The notes beneath the pieces were generated by a model. It was not told where the DNA came from and searched no databases. It saw only the letters and a program-made list of their open reading frames with translations. A program made the translations under genes and the position numbers. From Bugula neritina (lineage: Eukaryota; Animalia; Bryozoa): a stretch of DNA of 64,000 nt. The stretch lies in assembly GCA_964035545.1 (NCBI GenBank), contig OZ037765.1:1364001-1428000 (forward strand). Reading direction: 5' to 3'. This document shows, one piece after another, positions 31,701 to 44,238 of this stretch (position 1 is the stretch's first letter; each line of letters begins with the position of its first letter).

Positions 31701-34700
31701 GTAATTTCTGATTGTCTAGTAAGTCGCCTAAAAATTATAAAGCTATCAATTGAGTTACTATACATTTTTTATCAACTGTGGTGTAAGTGTAGCTTCTAGA
31801 GAAAAAAGTAAGACTAAATATAATGTGAACCAAAATAAAGTTTTGTACATATTACTAGATTGCTATATTATGGTAATCATTTCAAAATGCACAACCTGTA
31901 GCTATATGCTCTCTAATTATATGAAAATAGCATATTTCAGACTAGAACTTCCTACTAAAACCCAGCTATTAATTATTGACAATGTGGCTATAAAATAATT
32001 TGCCTTCACTGGGATTCAAACCCGAGACCTCCTACTTTTAAGCGCTACAATTACACTACAGAGACTGGTGGGTAATCTCAATACTACAGTAGCACTCTTA
32101 TAGTCAGGTTGGACTGTTATAGCATTTGTGGCACTGTTGTAGTGAAGTAGGTGGAGTAATGGAGAAATTGAGAAAGCCTGTGTTCTAAATTAGAAATGTA
32201 GCATGAAAAGTTATGTTCTCTCGAGAATTTAAACTTAAACCAAACTTTAATAATAAAATCAAAGAACTTAGGCTATTTCAATTTCTCCGCTGCTGCCCCT
32301 AAATGGTTGCAGTCAGTGTGAAGATGTAGTTAGTGTTGTGATTATTTTAGACTGACTTAGGAGAACTTTATGCGAACATGAATCCCAGAATCACAGTTCT
32401 TCAGACCAAGGTTAGCTCACTCTTTACTGACATGGTAAATCTCGGAGACAAATTGACGACTGAAGCCCGGAACTTTTTAAACGAGGCAGTGATTGTGAGT
32501 ATAACCTTCAGACTTTGTAGCTCAAACTTATGATAGTCAAGTCAACATAGTGAGTAATGATTCATGCAATTTTTGAAAAATGTGCCCCCTTAGAAAATTT
32601 TATTATTTACCAATTAAATGAGTAAATTATAAAAACTATTGAAAAATAACATAAAGATAGATAATAGTAAAAGTAAGAACATGTTTAGGTAGAGTATAAC
32701 TCTTGTATGTTATATGGAAGTAATATTATAACTGCAATTATTATACAATTATAATAATTGCATAACCTAGTTTTTCTAGAATATGATTCAAAAATCAGCT
32801 ATAACTGTTGTTTTTAGGCATTAGAAATATTTCTGGTTACTTTGATATTTTCCAAAGTAGCAATTTTTACCACTAATATATATAGCTACATACTAGCATT
32901 GCTGTTCCATTGCCTATGGCTTTATTTTCCTTGTTTTGAAGTCTAATCTTTCAGTGCATATACATTTGCCAGCAGACGTTGTGATATGAGTCACAGTTTA
33001 TGCCTGCACACTTACCAAATATTTTCCTCTCTTTCCGTAATACTTGTAGAATGTGAAGAGCTTGTTGAACGGCGTCAAACTTCGTCTGAGACAAGCTGTG
33101 TTTGAGATGATAAACTTTGTAAGTTGGTTATAATTCTCAACACACCTTGTCATAGCGCCTCCATTGCTTTACTCAGCATTTCGATCAGATAGTACAGAGC
33201 TTTGTCAAGTTGAGATTAAGCCAGCTTAACTTCTGTACCCAATGATAACTTAGATTTGTATAAGTTTTAAAGAATCCATTTGAATTAATAATTCAAGGGT
33301 TATGATGAAGGTGCAGCCACAACACATGTTTGCTGAGCATCCTGCTTTGTGGCACTTGAAAACTTAAGACATTAAGCAGTCCAAACTCTTTGTGTTGCAT
33401 TATAATATTGTATTATATTGCATTAGCCTACACTGTGTTGTAATACATTTGAATTACTTTATATTCTGCTGAATTGCATAACATAGTATTAGGATTCATT
33501 ATTATATATTTTATTACATACTTTGTATAATATAATATAATACATAATCTACAATATATATAATAAATAATGTATAATATACAAAGTGTTGTGCTGTATT
33601 TTGTATTATATTGTATTGTATATTGTATTGTATATTGTATTGTAGGGGTAACGGGGGCACAACGGTCATAGGGGTACAAAAAGCCGGCCAAATTGTGAGA
33701 GAACTTATTGACTTAGAGTTGCGATTTCTTTTACATAAAAAGATATTGACATAATTATTCAGGCTTTGTAGTTTCAACACTTGCGGAATATACGTGTTGA
33801 AAAGGCGAGTGAAAAACTGTTTTTACCTACTTTTTGTAAATTTTTTAAGACGTCGTTAAAGCTTTATAACTTTTTACACTCAAAGGCAACAAGCGTAGAT
33901 TTTACTGATATTGTTGCCATTGCTTGTCTCTACATTGCTTAACTAGTATAACAGCAAACTCTAAAATAAATTTTCCTTGAGGCACGTTTATGTCAAATTT
34001 GGCCATCCGGGGCACAATGGGACACTTTGACCGGGGCACAATGGGCCACCTGATTATTGTAACCTGATCACTGTTATTAGTTTGTTTGCCCAAAAAGTTG
34101 GTTGAAATGTTACTAAAATCTATAGATATAGCCATTTCTGACCTTTTTGTAAAATATCAAAGACATCATGGTAAGACTACCAAACTACAAGGTGAAGCTC
34201 CCCTAATATATATATCTGGTGAGGTTAAAGCTTTGCTATTTTATACATAATACAAAATACTCTGCTGTTGCTACTAGTAGATAGTCATGATATTTATTAT
34301 ACATTATATCATTGAGGGAATATACATGTATTTGACTAAAATAAATTGTGATTTGCTCATTCGCTCCCCCCTTCTCCCTTCCATACTCCAGCCACAAACC
34401 AAAGCCATGCACCTTATAAGCTACAGTTCATAGAAAAAAGTCCACTCAGAATTATGTAGTACAAGTTACTAAAGTTTTTTTCTATTAAAAGTTCCTCTGA
34501 AGTGTAAAAGAAAACATTTTTAGTTCTAAACAGTAATGATAATGGCACCGTAGAACCGAGTGATGTGCGTTTGATTTTGCCTTCCTCTGCTATCCGTGGT
34601 GGCACAAACTGTACAGCTAAAACATGAATTTTGCTTTAGATCTGAAAGAATATTTTTATTTGTTTGTAATATTAAATAAATAAAGATCAGATGTAACAAA

Positions 34701-35790
34701 ATCCGCAAAGTTTCAATATATTTGTTGTGTCCCACCCAGTGGCCCATTGTACCCCGGTACCGGGGCACAATGGGCCGATTTTTTCGTCATGAAAATTTCA
34801 TTATTCTGAAAGTTGTGATAGAGATAGAAACAACAAACTGATACCTTTAATAGACAACAGATGCAGCATTAAGACTAGAGATTATTGAACTAGTAACTTG
34901 AAAAACAGACGAATGAGAGCAAAAAATGTAAAATTCGGCCCGTTGTGCCCCCCCCCCCCCCCCCCGTTACCCCTATATTGTATTGTATATTGTATTGCAT
35001 ATTGTATTGTATATTGTATTGTATATTGTATTGTATATCGTATTATATTCTATTGTATATCGTATTATATTCTATTGTATATCGTATTATATTCTATTGT
35101 ATATTGTATGTAGTTACTGAACAACATGTTCCGATGCCGTATTGTTTATGAATTATACACGATACTCTCTCAGTTCTTCTACAACTACCTTACTTCTTAC
35201 CTGGTTAGTGTCACCTCTTACCTGGTTAGTGTCACCTCTTACCTTGTATGTATTACATCATACCTTGTATATATTACCTCATACCTTGTATATATTACCT
35301 CTTACCTTGTATGTATCACCTTCTACCTTGTATTACATCATACCTTGATCCAACTTGATTCAACTTGCAGAATGGTGTCTGGCTCTCTCTACTCGCCATT
35401 TGCTCATGGATGATGTGCAGCGCCATCTGTTGGAGTGCCACTAAATTTTTCATGTGAGTCTTGCAGCTAATATCCCAACTTCCAGTGGACATTTTCTGTT
35501 GCCAGAAAACACATAGTTTTAAGTTACAAATTTTATTAGAACTGGGCCTGTAAAATATAGACAGCTCAAGTTACGTCACCTTTTGTTTCCGTAAAACCAA
35601 TCACAGAGAAAAAAGTTCTTTAATGAAGTATTAATATTGTGTCTGAAAAGCTGGTGTATATTAACCAGCTCTATAAATAACAGAGTATTTGTGTTTTAGG
35701 AAAGTGTACGATTGGACTCAGCGAAAAAGAACAGCAACCTTGAAACATCAGTCTATGGCCCCAACAACAACACTTGCAAGCGCCAATTAA
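19782..35790 (+). CDS. PROM: Divergent prominin-like pentaspan membrane glycoprotein, about 25 exons; in-frame TAG at 20238-20240 in the most parsimonious model
   Basis: Exons give prominin topology: signal-like MLPVCLLVCC (19782-19849); ANFLLVEVNSQAFPW; TM1 (21737-) followed by SCGG; TM2; large loop with NxS/T sites; TM3 then VLGMFG..CPERSSSSDIGAHFL (cf. prominin GxCG..PTxRxxxSNxGGxFL); TM4 then YR|VVDR; second large loop (RTCGNNGG, FRCRIVY); YL|NGVWLSLL TM5; stop 35788-35790. 5' end is the least certain part. Confidence 0.8.
22449..22800. mobile_element. Foldback/MITE-like element with inverted arrays of 15-bp subrepeats and a G-rich telomere-like core
   Basis: Left arm TAGGTAAAAATTG + (CAGGTAATAATGGTA)n; right arm (..CATTATTACCTGTG..)n + ATTTTTACCTA is its reverse complement; centre 22568-22660 rich in TTAGGG/TTTGGG-like runs. 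No ORF. Confidence 0.7.
25240..25552. repeat. 27-bp minisatellite (TATTACATTGTACTGTATTGTAGTATG), ~11-12 copies, last copy supplies a prominin splice acceptor
   Basis: Visible array; the in-frame exon TAT GAC TCA TTT AAC starts at 25549 right after TTGTAG of the last unit. Confidence 0.92.
26157..26468. repeat. 25-bp minisatellite (TCACCTTGTTCTGTAACTTATAGAG), ~12 copies, starting at a prominin splice donor
   Basis: Visible array beginning directly after TCT|GTAAGT at 26160. Confidence 0.93.
27777..28514 (+). repeat. 45-50-bp tandem array (15 copies) made of a prominin exon 3' end plus splice donor
   Basis: CAGGGT(A/G)AGA recurs at 27813, 27862, 27911, 27956, 28006, 28051 and then every 50 bp to 28501; 150-bp higher-order period (TACACCCATG at 28081, 28231, 28381). 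Confidence 0.97.
29342..29418 (+). mobile_element. tRNA-derived short SINE-like element / tRNA pseudogene, family A (GCA, Cys-like anticodon region)
   Basis: A-box TGGTGCAATGG, B-box GGTTTGAATCCC, 3' AAAGTTT; T and anticodon stems do not pair properly; related copies elsewhere in the window. Confidence 0.75.
30684..30852. mobile_element. ~165-bp MITE (TIR GCAGTA(A/G)TGGAGAAATT)
   Basis: Terminal inverted repeats GCAGTAGTGGAGAAATT / AATTTCTCCATTACTGC; internal marks AACATAACTT and TAGAACACAGGCTT shared with other copies. Confidence 0.8.
31993..32065 (-). mobile_element. tRNA-derived element family A, degenerate copy
   Basis: Reverse complement contains TAGTGTAATTG..AGGTCTCGGGTTTGAATCCCAGTG, matching the 29342 copy. 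Confidence 0.7.
32147..32306. mobile_element. MITE, same family as 30684, opposite orientation
   Basis: GTAATGGAGAAATTGAGAAAGCCTGTGTTCTA..AAGTTATGTTCTC..AAAGAACTTAGGCTAT..AATTTCTCCGCTGCTGC. Confidence 0.8.
33645..34973. mobile_element. Non-autonomous TIR DNA transposon (TA-flanked, Tc1/mariner/pogo-like), 1329 bp, in a prominin intron
   Basis: TA|GGGGTAACGGGGGCACAACGG ... CCGTTGTG(C)nGTTACCCC|TA; internal repeats of GGGGCACAATGGG near 34009, 34033, 34741-34775; no transposase ORF; flanked on both sides by TATTG-type microsatellite. Confidence 0.88.
34974..35110. repeat. (TATTG/TATAT)-type microsatellite, split by the transposon (left part ~33595-33644)
   Basis: Visible repeat on both flanks of the element; right part ends at the acceptor AG 35112-35113. 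Confidence 0.9.
35192..35347 (+). repeat. 21-bp tandem repeat duplicating a prominin exon end and splice donor (7 GT sites)
   Basis: TCTTACCT(G/T)|GT(T/A).. with GT at 35204, 35225, 35246, 35267, 35288, 35309, 35330; reads SYLVSVT/SYLVYIT in frame. Confidence 0.92.
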
Positions 35791-36925
35791 AGAGTGAAAT
35801 AGTCTGGGAAATGTTAAACGTCAACTTGCTGAATCAAATCATGACCTTAGAGTTTCTTTTGCTTGTATTTCTATTTATTATAGCCTGAAAGCAATTTCAT
35901 TAAAAGGTATTGTTTGTCATTGTGTAGAAGTGTGTAGTGAATACAAACAAAGATATACAAGTCATGTACCTCTATTCAAATTTTATTATAACTACAATCT
36001 ATGTATTTTTTCAACAACTTACATTAAATTACCATAATGATATAGGATTTGCAATTAAATGCTATAAAGAATAAATGCTAACTTTGTTTGTTTACATGAT
36101 AACTTGTAAAAGTACAAGTTATAACCAAGTATTTAATATACTTAAATAAAAAGAAAAAGCGGAAATATATAAGCAAAGCAATTATTCTAAAACAAATATT
36201 TCTAGTAAATGTCACATGATCAGGTCACATCACCTTGTGGTCATATAGAAGTAACCTTATTACTAAATACAAGATGAAAAAGTTTGCTTATACATAGCTT
36301 GGTTGATGAATGCAAATGCTTGGAAGACATATTTTCATCAGCTGCTATAAAAGCTGCAGCTGAATTAAATAAAAAGTATGCTGTAATTGGTTTTAAAAAT
36401 AAATTTCTCAACAGCAATTATTAACGCTTTAAAATACCTGTATAGTTGACTTCAGAACTGCCATAAATTCACTTAATTGAGTTTAAAAATTATATAGATT
36501 TTACTTAGAAGCATGAAAGCTATCAATTTACTCTCAATATCCGTAGAAATTTTACACAAAATTTGGACAATACTTGGCTAACAATAACAGACTACTGACA
36601 CTGATAAGCTATGCAGCCATATGATTGTATGTTTCACCACATTCTATAGCATTTATTTAATTTTCCTTGACAAAAGTCATAGAACAAGGGATACAATTGG
36701 CTTTTTTAGCATACATATAAAACTGAAACAGAGCATCGTAGAAAACTACTTCCCAAAAGTATTAGTATATATGAATAAAAATATAGTGACTAGATATTGT
36801 ATATAAGTTTCATCAAAAATAAAAACAAAGCCAGCATAATGAAACTAATAGATTGAATTCATCACGCCAAGTCAATGAGCATTAACCATTTTAAAATAAT
36901 ACTCTAAAAACTGACACCAAGTTCA

Positions 36926-39900
36926 TCAACCTATTGCGTATCTCCTCAGGCCGCTATCAGCGCATCCTAGAAACACTTTGTCCTTGTGCACAGCTATGTC
37001 AAGTACAGAGTCACTCACATCAAGATCTTGGCGAGAAATCTTTCCAATTAGTTTACCTGTCAATAATAACCAGTAATATAAACACTTTAGCAGAAATTCA
37101 AATTACCACTTTAGCCTTGTAATGCATTAAATGGAATCGCTAGACTCAAGACGAGGACATTATAAAACATAAAAGAACTGTGAATGTAGAAAAGAGGACG
37201 TATACACATACTATACTGCAAGCCATCTCAATCAAACTACTGAAATGAATGAATACTTTTCGTAGTATTGAGTTTACCTTCAGTAGAAATAGTGATGAGT
37301 GGCCCTTCCTCTGTACAGATGTAGATTAGTTTGGATATTGGCTCATAAGATATACCAGTTGGTTTTGGAATGTGCGAGAGCGCCCACAGTTTGATTAGCG
37401 TTGAGTCTTCTATTTTATATTTTCTCACTTTGCCGTCTGCAACCCTGTCTGCTATCAGCACAGTGCTGTCTGGGAGGACACACACGGGTCGAGGGTCCTC
37501 CATCCCAAAAAGAGGAAACTTGCGTATTTTGCCGTCTACTAAAGAGCAAACTATAAGCTGGACGTTTGCCCAGTCCGTAATGTACACTGAATCTTGGAAC
37601 TGAGCTATTTTGTATGAAAGAGATTTTTCCACCGAGCTTTTGTAGAGTAAGCGAGTCTCCTGTGAAGTTTTTGAGTCAAGAATGACAACGCTAGCTGATT
37701 TTTCCTTTCTGTTGTAGTATGAGCCAATCGTGATATCTTCAGGTTGGATTATCTCCCCCCATCCCACAGTAGAGTATCTTTTATTCAGCATTCTGATAAA
37801 ATTCAGAGTGTCTGCACTTCTTACTTCCATACCTTTGCTCGTCTCACACATAAGAAGCCCATTAGCTGTGATGTTGACTCTTCTAAACCATTTGCTAGCA
37901 GAGAGTCCATCAAGTTGCAGACGTACTGGTAGCAGCAGCTCCAGTCCCAGACTGTCTTCTCTGCCTACAAGAAAAGGTAACATTTCTATTCATTATGTTC
38001 ATCATCACACAAACTTATCCTGCAGCACAGCTAACACACTCAACACACACATATAGTGGTTGTAGGATATGCATGTCTCAGGTTGTATTGAAGCATGGTA
38101 AAGGATAAAGATACACACAGCCAGTACAAACAGCTACTCAAGTTAGATGCTATCATATACAAGTATGGTACCCCACTCTGTAATGTTCTAACCAGCATAC
38201 TTCATGGATGATAATTTATACTAAACACTGCCAGCTGCATGTTTAAGTTATGCTTTCATGAGACTATTTTACTAGAGTCTAATTAATGTCTATTATTCAT
38301 TTTACATTGTATGAAAAGGATTGCAATGCTATTAGTACTGATGAAGAATCAGTGTGTCAAAATGAAACTGACATGTGCTGTCTTCCAGCCATCTTCTTTG
38401 AAGTACACAAACGTTTTGTGAACCGATTTAGTGTAGAATTATACTCACTAGTAGGCATTAAGATCTTGTGAGGGATTGAGCATCTCTGGGTCATACTAAT
38501 ATCTAATGAACTTTCTATCTTTTTGCTCATCTCTTTATAAGTCTTGACAATCTCTGCATCATTGAATTCGTCAACCATATGCTGTGCAGAATCTAACAGA
38601 GTCACTTTGTCTAGTGTCTTGTTCCAAGCTAAGTCTATTCTGTACTCATCTACTATCTTACCACTCTCTCTCATGTACTCTCGTATCTCTTCTTTCAGCT
38701 TCTGTGAGTGAGATTTGATTTTTTCTATCTGATAACACAGGAACACATCTGCACTGAACACTAAGAACAAAACATTTACTAAACACAACTTATGAGTCAT
38801 CCCTGTTAGCAGTTGCATGACTCATATCACGCGACACTATCAAAGAACAGAAAACATAACATGACTAGTTGCCTGTCTGAGAATTAACAGTCAAATGTGA
38901 GCAAACAGCTGATCAATTAAATTTAGTGACTGCAATTATTTCTTTAAGTAAAAAAAAAATTCACAGGAAAATAAAATACTGTGTCTAAAATGCTAAACCT
39001 TAATTTATTTTTACCACCTAATGCTGTTTATTACATGCCTGAAGTCTGGAAAGTGAAGTTTAAAAACTGCGTGCAAATATCATTCAAGTTTGACAAAATG
39101 CTATACAGCTATTACTATCACAAGCTGCAAGACATCAATTTTAATTTGCATTGAAGATCTCAACTATTGACTATGACTCTTACAACAAAAGTGGTGTTAG
39201 TTTCATACTCCAGAAGAGCGAGTGGTGTTACAGAAATTACTGCTAGTTTGACCAGGTTGAACTGTCAGATTAATATATGCTGAATAATTGGCTGTCTAAC
39301 AGGTGAAAGTAGAATCCTTTGTGATATCACATGACAGAGAAAGACGCGAGAAAGTGTAAAGGTTGTGCTGTACCTTAGCATTAGCTATATCGTCTACTTT
39401 GACAATCATCTTCTTAGCATCCTCTTCAATTTCACCCAGTTCTTTCCAGGCATCCTTTGACATGTCACTCAACACTGAAATCTTCTCTGATAAAATCTCT
39501 ATATTATCAGCCAGAATTTTCCTCAACTCATCTGATAGCTTAGAGAGTGACGTTATGTTGTGCGGAGCTGTATTTCCTTCTAAATAAAACACAACTGTAC
39601 ATTCAACACTCTAATGCTTTAAAATAATATTCCAGTACAAAAGTAGAGAAAGAAGATACAACTCTCAGTTTTACCAAATTTCCTCAACTTTCAACTGTAT
39701 TCTCATTCATTAGACATGAAAACAATTAAAAATATATTTTGTTACAATGGAAGTTCAAAAGTGACTTTGACAAGGAAACTAAAGTCTAAGCTAAAAGACA
39801 AACCACTTTCCCTGCTTTGTGTTGCATGTTTGTAAAATCCTAAATCCAAGTTAAGAAAATATTATGTACCCTACACCATATCAATATGTCTAACTTCCAA

Positions 39901-41669
39901 TTTTGGATCAATCATTTCTACTATGTATATAACATCGTACTAACAGTTCAAGGCAACCCTGGCAATAGATGTAAGACATTGAATGTGATAGAGAAATGTA
40001 CGGACTGTACCTCTAAAAATCAATGTACTAGGTAAGCTCGAACAACACAAGTGTAGATTTGTAATTTGTAAATCAAAACTAAGCAGAGAAGATATAAACA
40101 TGTACATAGCAAATACCTGTTGCATTCTCGCATAGACTTCTCCCTTCACAGCGAACACAGAATCTCTGGTGACACTCAGAACACGACTCTATCAGCTGAT
40201 GATGTTCATGTTGTTCACAGTTAGTAGTAGTATAGCGTTGTGGAGATGCTGTGTAGACATCAATTGGGATAAACTGATGTCTAGTGTCTGTGTAGGTAGA
40301 CATGTGCTCCTCATGTTTCTGATAGTAAAACAAACGAGTATACATAATCAATCGAAAGATATGCCAAATTGCAAAACTTAGGACAAAAAAAGCTTTTACC
40401 CCGAGCTGTTTATAGACAAACTGTGCCTATGAATGAAATAAAACCTCGTGCCATTTAGTAGAGAGTAAAGTAGTGTCAATAATTGGCTAAACATCAAATG
40501 TAAATGCTTTACGGCTGCAGTGCTGACGTTGCATCATAGAGCTTTGTTAGCAAAATGTGTTTCTTTCATTTATATGTATTTTTCCTTTTACTTTAGCCTG
40601 AGTATGCCAAAAAGCTTGATTAGCAAGTTGTACTACTTTAAGCAACTGCCATGCAGCAGATAATCTATTACTGTAGTCACTATTACGTGAATAATTATAG
40701 AGCTTCTGAACCTCCCTTTTAAGTTGCTAGATCTACTAGAACTTAGAAAAACAAAGACAGAAATTTCAGCTCACCTCCTGATGTTGTTTACACAGTTTCC
40801 TCTGAATCTCCACACAGAACACAACAGATCTGGTTTGACCTTCACACACATCACAAGGAATGAGAGGAGATTTAGGCGAAGCTTTGTATTCTATTGGATC
40901 ACCTAACTTGGGTACAGGTAGAGTTGTGGGGTCTGTAGTGTCATGGAATTCCTGACTAAAATTTTAAATGTTCCAGTTTATACAATGCTCCATGGCATAA
41001 ATTACAAGAAATTTGAGTTTTTTAAAAAACAATTTTCAAGGTTCACCAAGAGTTATTTTGTTTACACGATATAATATCTCACAACTGTATTATAATGTTA
41101 CATATAGTTACATAAACTCAGGATTTGAAGGTAAAAAAAGATCGAAGGTCTATATGGCTAACAAAACCATAACCTCATCAAACTATATAAGTTTAAATGA
41201 AAATATGAAAGAGCTAAAAGCAAAATCATTAAAAATTATTGTACAATTATTTGCATAACAAGCTTAACTTTGGTTTGAAACCAGTTTATTCTTCTTGTAC
41301 AATACAAAACTATCTCATAAAATCAGCTAAGTCTCGTTTAGATGGAAAGTTGCTACAGCACAGGCTCTTTGCACCTTTCATTATCATATTATTTTCATCT
41401 AAAGTGTTATGTAGCTAATTTATTTTTATAAAAAATTTGTTGAAGTACTAATTCCTTTGTATTTTTTGCATACTATCTGTAACATACCCACAGTAAGCAC
41501 ATTTTATATAAGTTTTCCTGTAGCCAATGTCTGTAATCAAACAACCCATACAGTAGACATGCAGACAGGGGAGGGTCCTGGGATCTTCCAGTCTATTGAA
41601 ATGTTGACAGCAGTATCCGCATCTGTACGAGTTGTTTAGCCTCTTTTTCACAACTAGGGATTCCGCCAT
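36926..41669 (-). CDS. TRIM-family protein A: RING (C3HC4), two B-boxes, coiled coil, C-terminal NHL-like beta-propeller; ~622 aa, 7 exons
   Basis: Exons 41488-41669 (CGYC..DPRTLPCLHVYCMGC..CAYC), 40775-40955 (CDVC..FCVEIQRKLCKQH), 40117-40318 (CEQH..CSEC..CVRC), 39374-39579, 38449-38728, 37278-37964 (VYITDW, DPRPVCVLPDSTVLIAD, KPTGISYEP..IYIC), 36926-37056; phases consistent, 1869 nt. Confidence 0.88.
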
Positions 41670-41854
41670 TGTGAGTTTTTATACTCTAATTAGAATAAAT
41701 TATTAAAGTTATGATTGATTACTTACATGCATATATGTTTATTGTCAATGCTTATTTTTATGTAACTAATTGGATTGTAATACTTTGGTTTTTATAGTAG
41801 CGTAGAGCAAAAGCTAAAACTAAATGCTGTGGTTTCAACGGTGTTACTACAAAA

Positions 41855-41983
41855 ATAGCAGCAATAGCAGCAGCAACAGCACTAGTAGTAGCAGTAGTAG
41901 TTGTACTGGTAGCAGTAGTAGTTGTACTAGTGGTAGTAGTACTAGTGGTAGTAGTAGTAGTAGTGGTAGTAGTACTAGTAGTA

Positions 41984-42058
<75 letters not shown>

Positions 42059-42137
42059 AGTAGTAGTAGTAGTTGTACTAGTGGTAGTAGTACTAGTGGT
42101 AGTAGTAGTAGTAGTGGTGGTAGTAGTACTAGTAGTA

Positions 42138-42203
<66 letters not shown>

Positions 42204-42220
42204 TAGTGGTAGTAGTGGTA
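41855..42220. repeat. (AGT)n trinucleotide microsatellite with internal higher-order duplication
   Basis: Directly visible. Confidence 0.97.
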
Positions 42221-43004
42221 CAACGTAAACTTGTGGTAAATTACTTATAGATTGATTATATTTCCAGTCAGCGGATTAAAAAAATACCACTATAAGTATA
42301 AGTATATTAATAATATCAACTTCAAGCAATCATAATCATAATGATAATGATAATACAGTAATAGTAATACTAACTATTATTAACTTTAAACTTGTTATTA
42401 ACAGTAATTAAGTTTAACTATTTTATTACGATGTTAAATTTAATATGAAATAAAATAATAACCTACAAGTACAACAATCATTAAATACTAAAAAATAATA
42501 AATGTAATCACTATTCATATTGTAATGGTTGAGCTTGATAATGATATTGATAAATTAAAATTCTTCTTCAATAAATATAATTCTATATTTTATTAAGTTC
42601 ACCATTATGATCATGATGATCATATTGATATAGTTTTAGTTTACACAATAGCGCATTAAAATAATACACTATCAACATTTAGGAGACTTTGAAGGCGAAT
42701 GATAAAGCCCATTGCTTGCGATTGCAAGTACAAATAATAGCCCTATTGCACAACAAATACTAATGAATAAGAGCATTCTTACAAACTCACAAATATAATC
42801 GCATTATCATAATAACAAACAATGACACGCGATGACCATTGGCGTTGTGATTGTAAACAGGAACAAGGAAGTGTTGAGACATTTCCGTCAAAAACACGAG
42901 CAATAGAGAGGGAATGTTGAAAGCCTATAGTGGGCCACAAATTTGCGGGCGACAGAAGTACAGTTGACCACACGATAGTTTCAGTAGCAGCAGTGCGTGC
43001 GTGG

Positions 43005-43038
<34 letters not shown>

Positions 43039-43235
43039 GGAGGCAGATGTAAAGCAACAAGAGAAGAAAATCCCAACTGCATTAGAAGGATAAATAGCTG
43101 TTAACAAAAATAGCATTTATTTACTTATAATAGTTAAAACGAATATTTAGTAGCTGCAGAAACAAATCATAACGAAAGAAGAACTGAACCAACCACTATG
43201 GAGCAAATTCTTACAGTAATATTAAATCGTAGTAG

Positions 43236-43432
43236 TAGCAGTGGTCTAGTGGTTAAAGCGTAGGCTTAATGTGCACTAGGTCATGGACTCAAATCTCAAT
43301 ATGGCTACCGGTCAGAAAAAGCATCTGATAATGAACTTTGCTCATATCCTATATACACAGTTATTTATTCACTTAAAAAACCCTCATATTCAGGAGTTTT
43401 AACAGGGGTAGACCGTACACTTTAAAACAAAA
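43236..43432 (+). mobile_element. tRNA-headed SINE family B (~190-200 bp)
   Basis: GCAGTGGTCTAGTGGTTAAAGC (A box), degenerate B box, central GGTCAGAAAAAGCATCTG block, tail ..ACAGGGGTAGACCGTACACTTT; homologous to copies at 46778 and 61192. Confidence 0.65.
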
Positions 43433-43999
43433 ATGAGTTAAAATTATTAAGGAGCAATAAATACAGTGTAAGCTTTGTGGAAAATAAAATATTGCAAAAA
43501 AAAACATTTGATAGAGTAAGCATACACTAATAATAATTATATAGAATTTATATCATACAAAATCTATTGAGCATCAGTTTATTATCACAAATATATGGAA
43601 TAATATTATTGCTAGCAGAATGAGTGTTCAGGAAAGATATTTGTACAGCATTCTTTTTCAGGTAAACATATTGTAATGGTTACAGGAAGTATACCCCTCT
43701 CTGTCCCCTGCTAAACATGACTCTATAGATTATGGTGTAAATATCGTCAAGGACGACAACCCTGCAAGCCATGTCGCAATTCCAAGCGGTGCTCCGTTAC
43801 TCCCGCAATGACACCGCCGGAACCTTATTTTATCCAATCAGGATCCACTCGACATATATAAGCGATACCTTCCGGCGCCCACAGCCAATCTTGGCAGTAG
43901 TAGCAGACAAACCGGTTCATTTTACATGTAACGTTTTCATGGATTATACTTTCTCTTTTCTACTTATGATTTATCTCTATTGTGTATAATAGTATATAT

Positions 44000-44238
44000 T
44001 GTAATGGGGCGTGGTTTACGTGATTGGATAACAATTGTATTAGGCAAAGCAGTAGTAGTTAGTTAGCGTGTACTTGCAGCGATGTAAAGTAGCAATTACA
44101 GTGATACTTGTAGATATCTTCATTTTATATTTTATGTTTATAATAAAGCTTACAAACGAAAACCCTGATCGAATTGCCTGTAACTAAATGCTAATTGCTC
44201 ACTAGAGAGCCCACATAATTATTGTGCATCGCACAACA
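44000..44238 (+). mobile_element. Probable solo LTR (239 bp)
   Basis: Starts TGT (44000), ends ACA (44238), flanked by 4-bp direct repeat ATAT on both sides, AATAAA near 44142, GC-box and reverse CCAAT near the 5' end. Confidence 0.55.

Noticed and set aside
37045-37280. Intron start GTAAACT resembles the next exon start GTAAACT in TRIM A (intron gain by duplication)
   Set aside because: Only 7 bp, and the same intron exists in paralogue B without the match.
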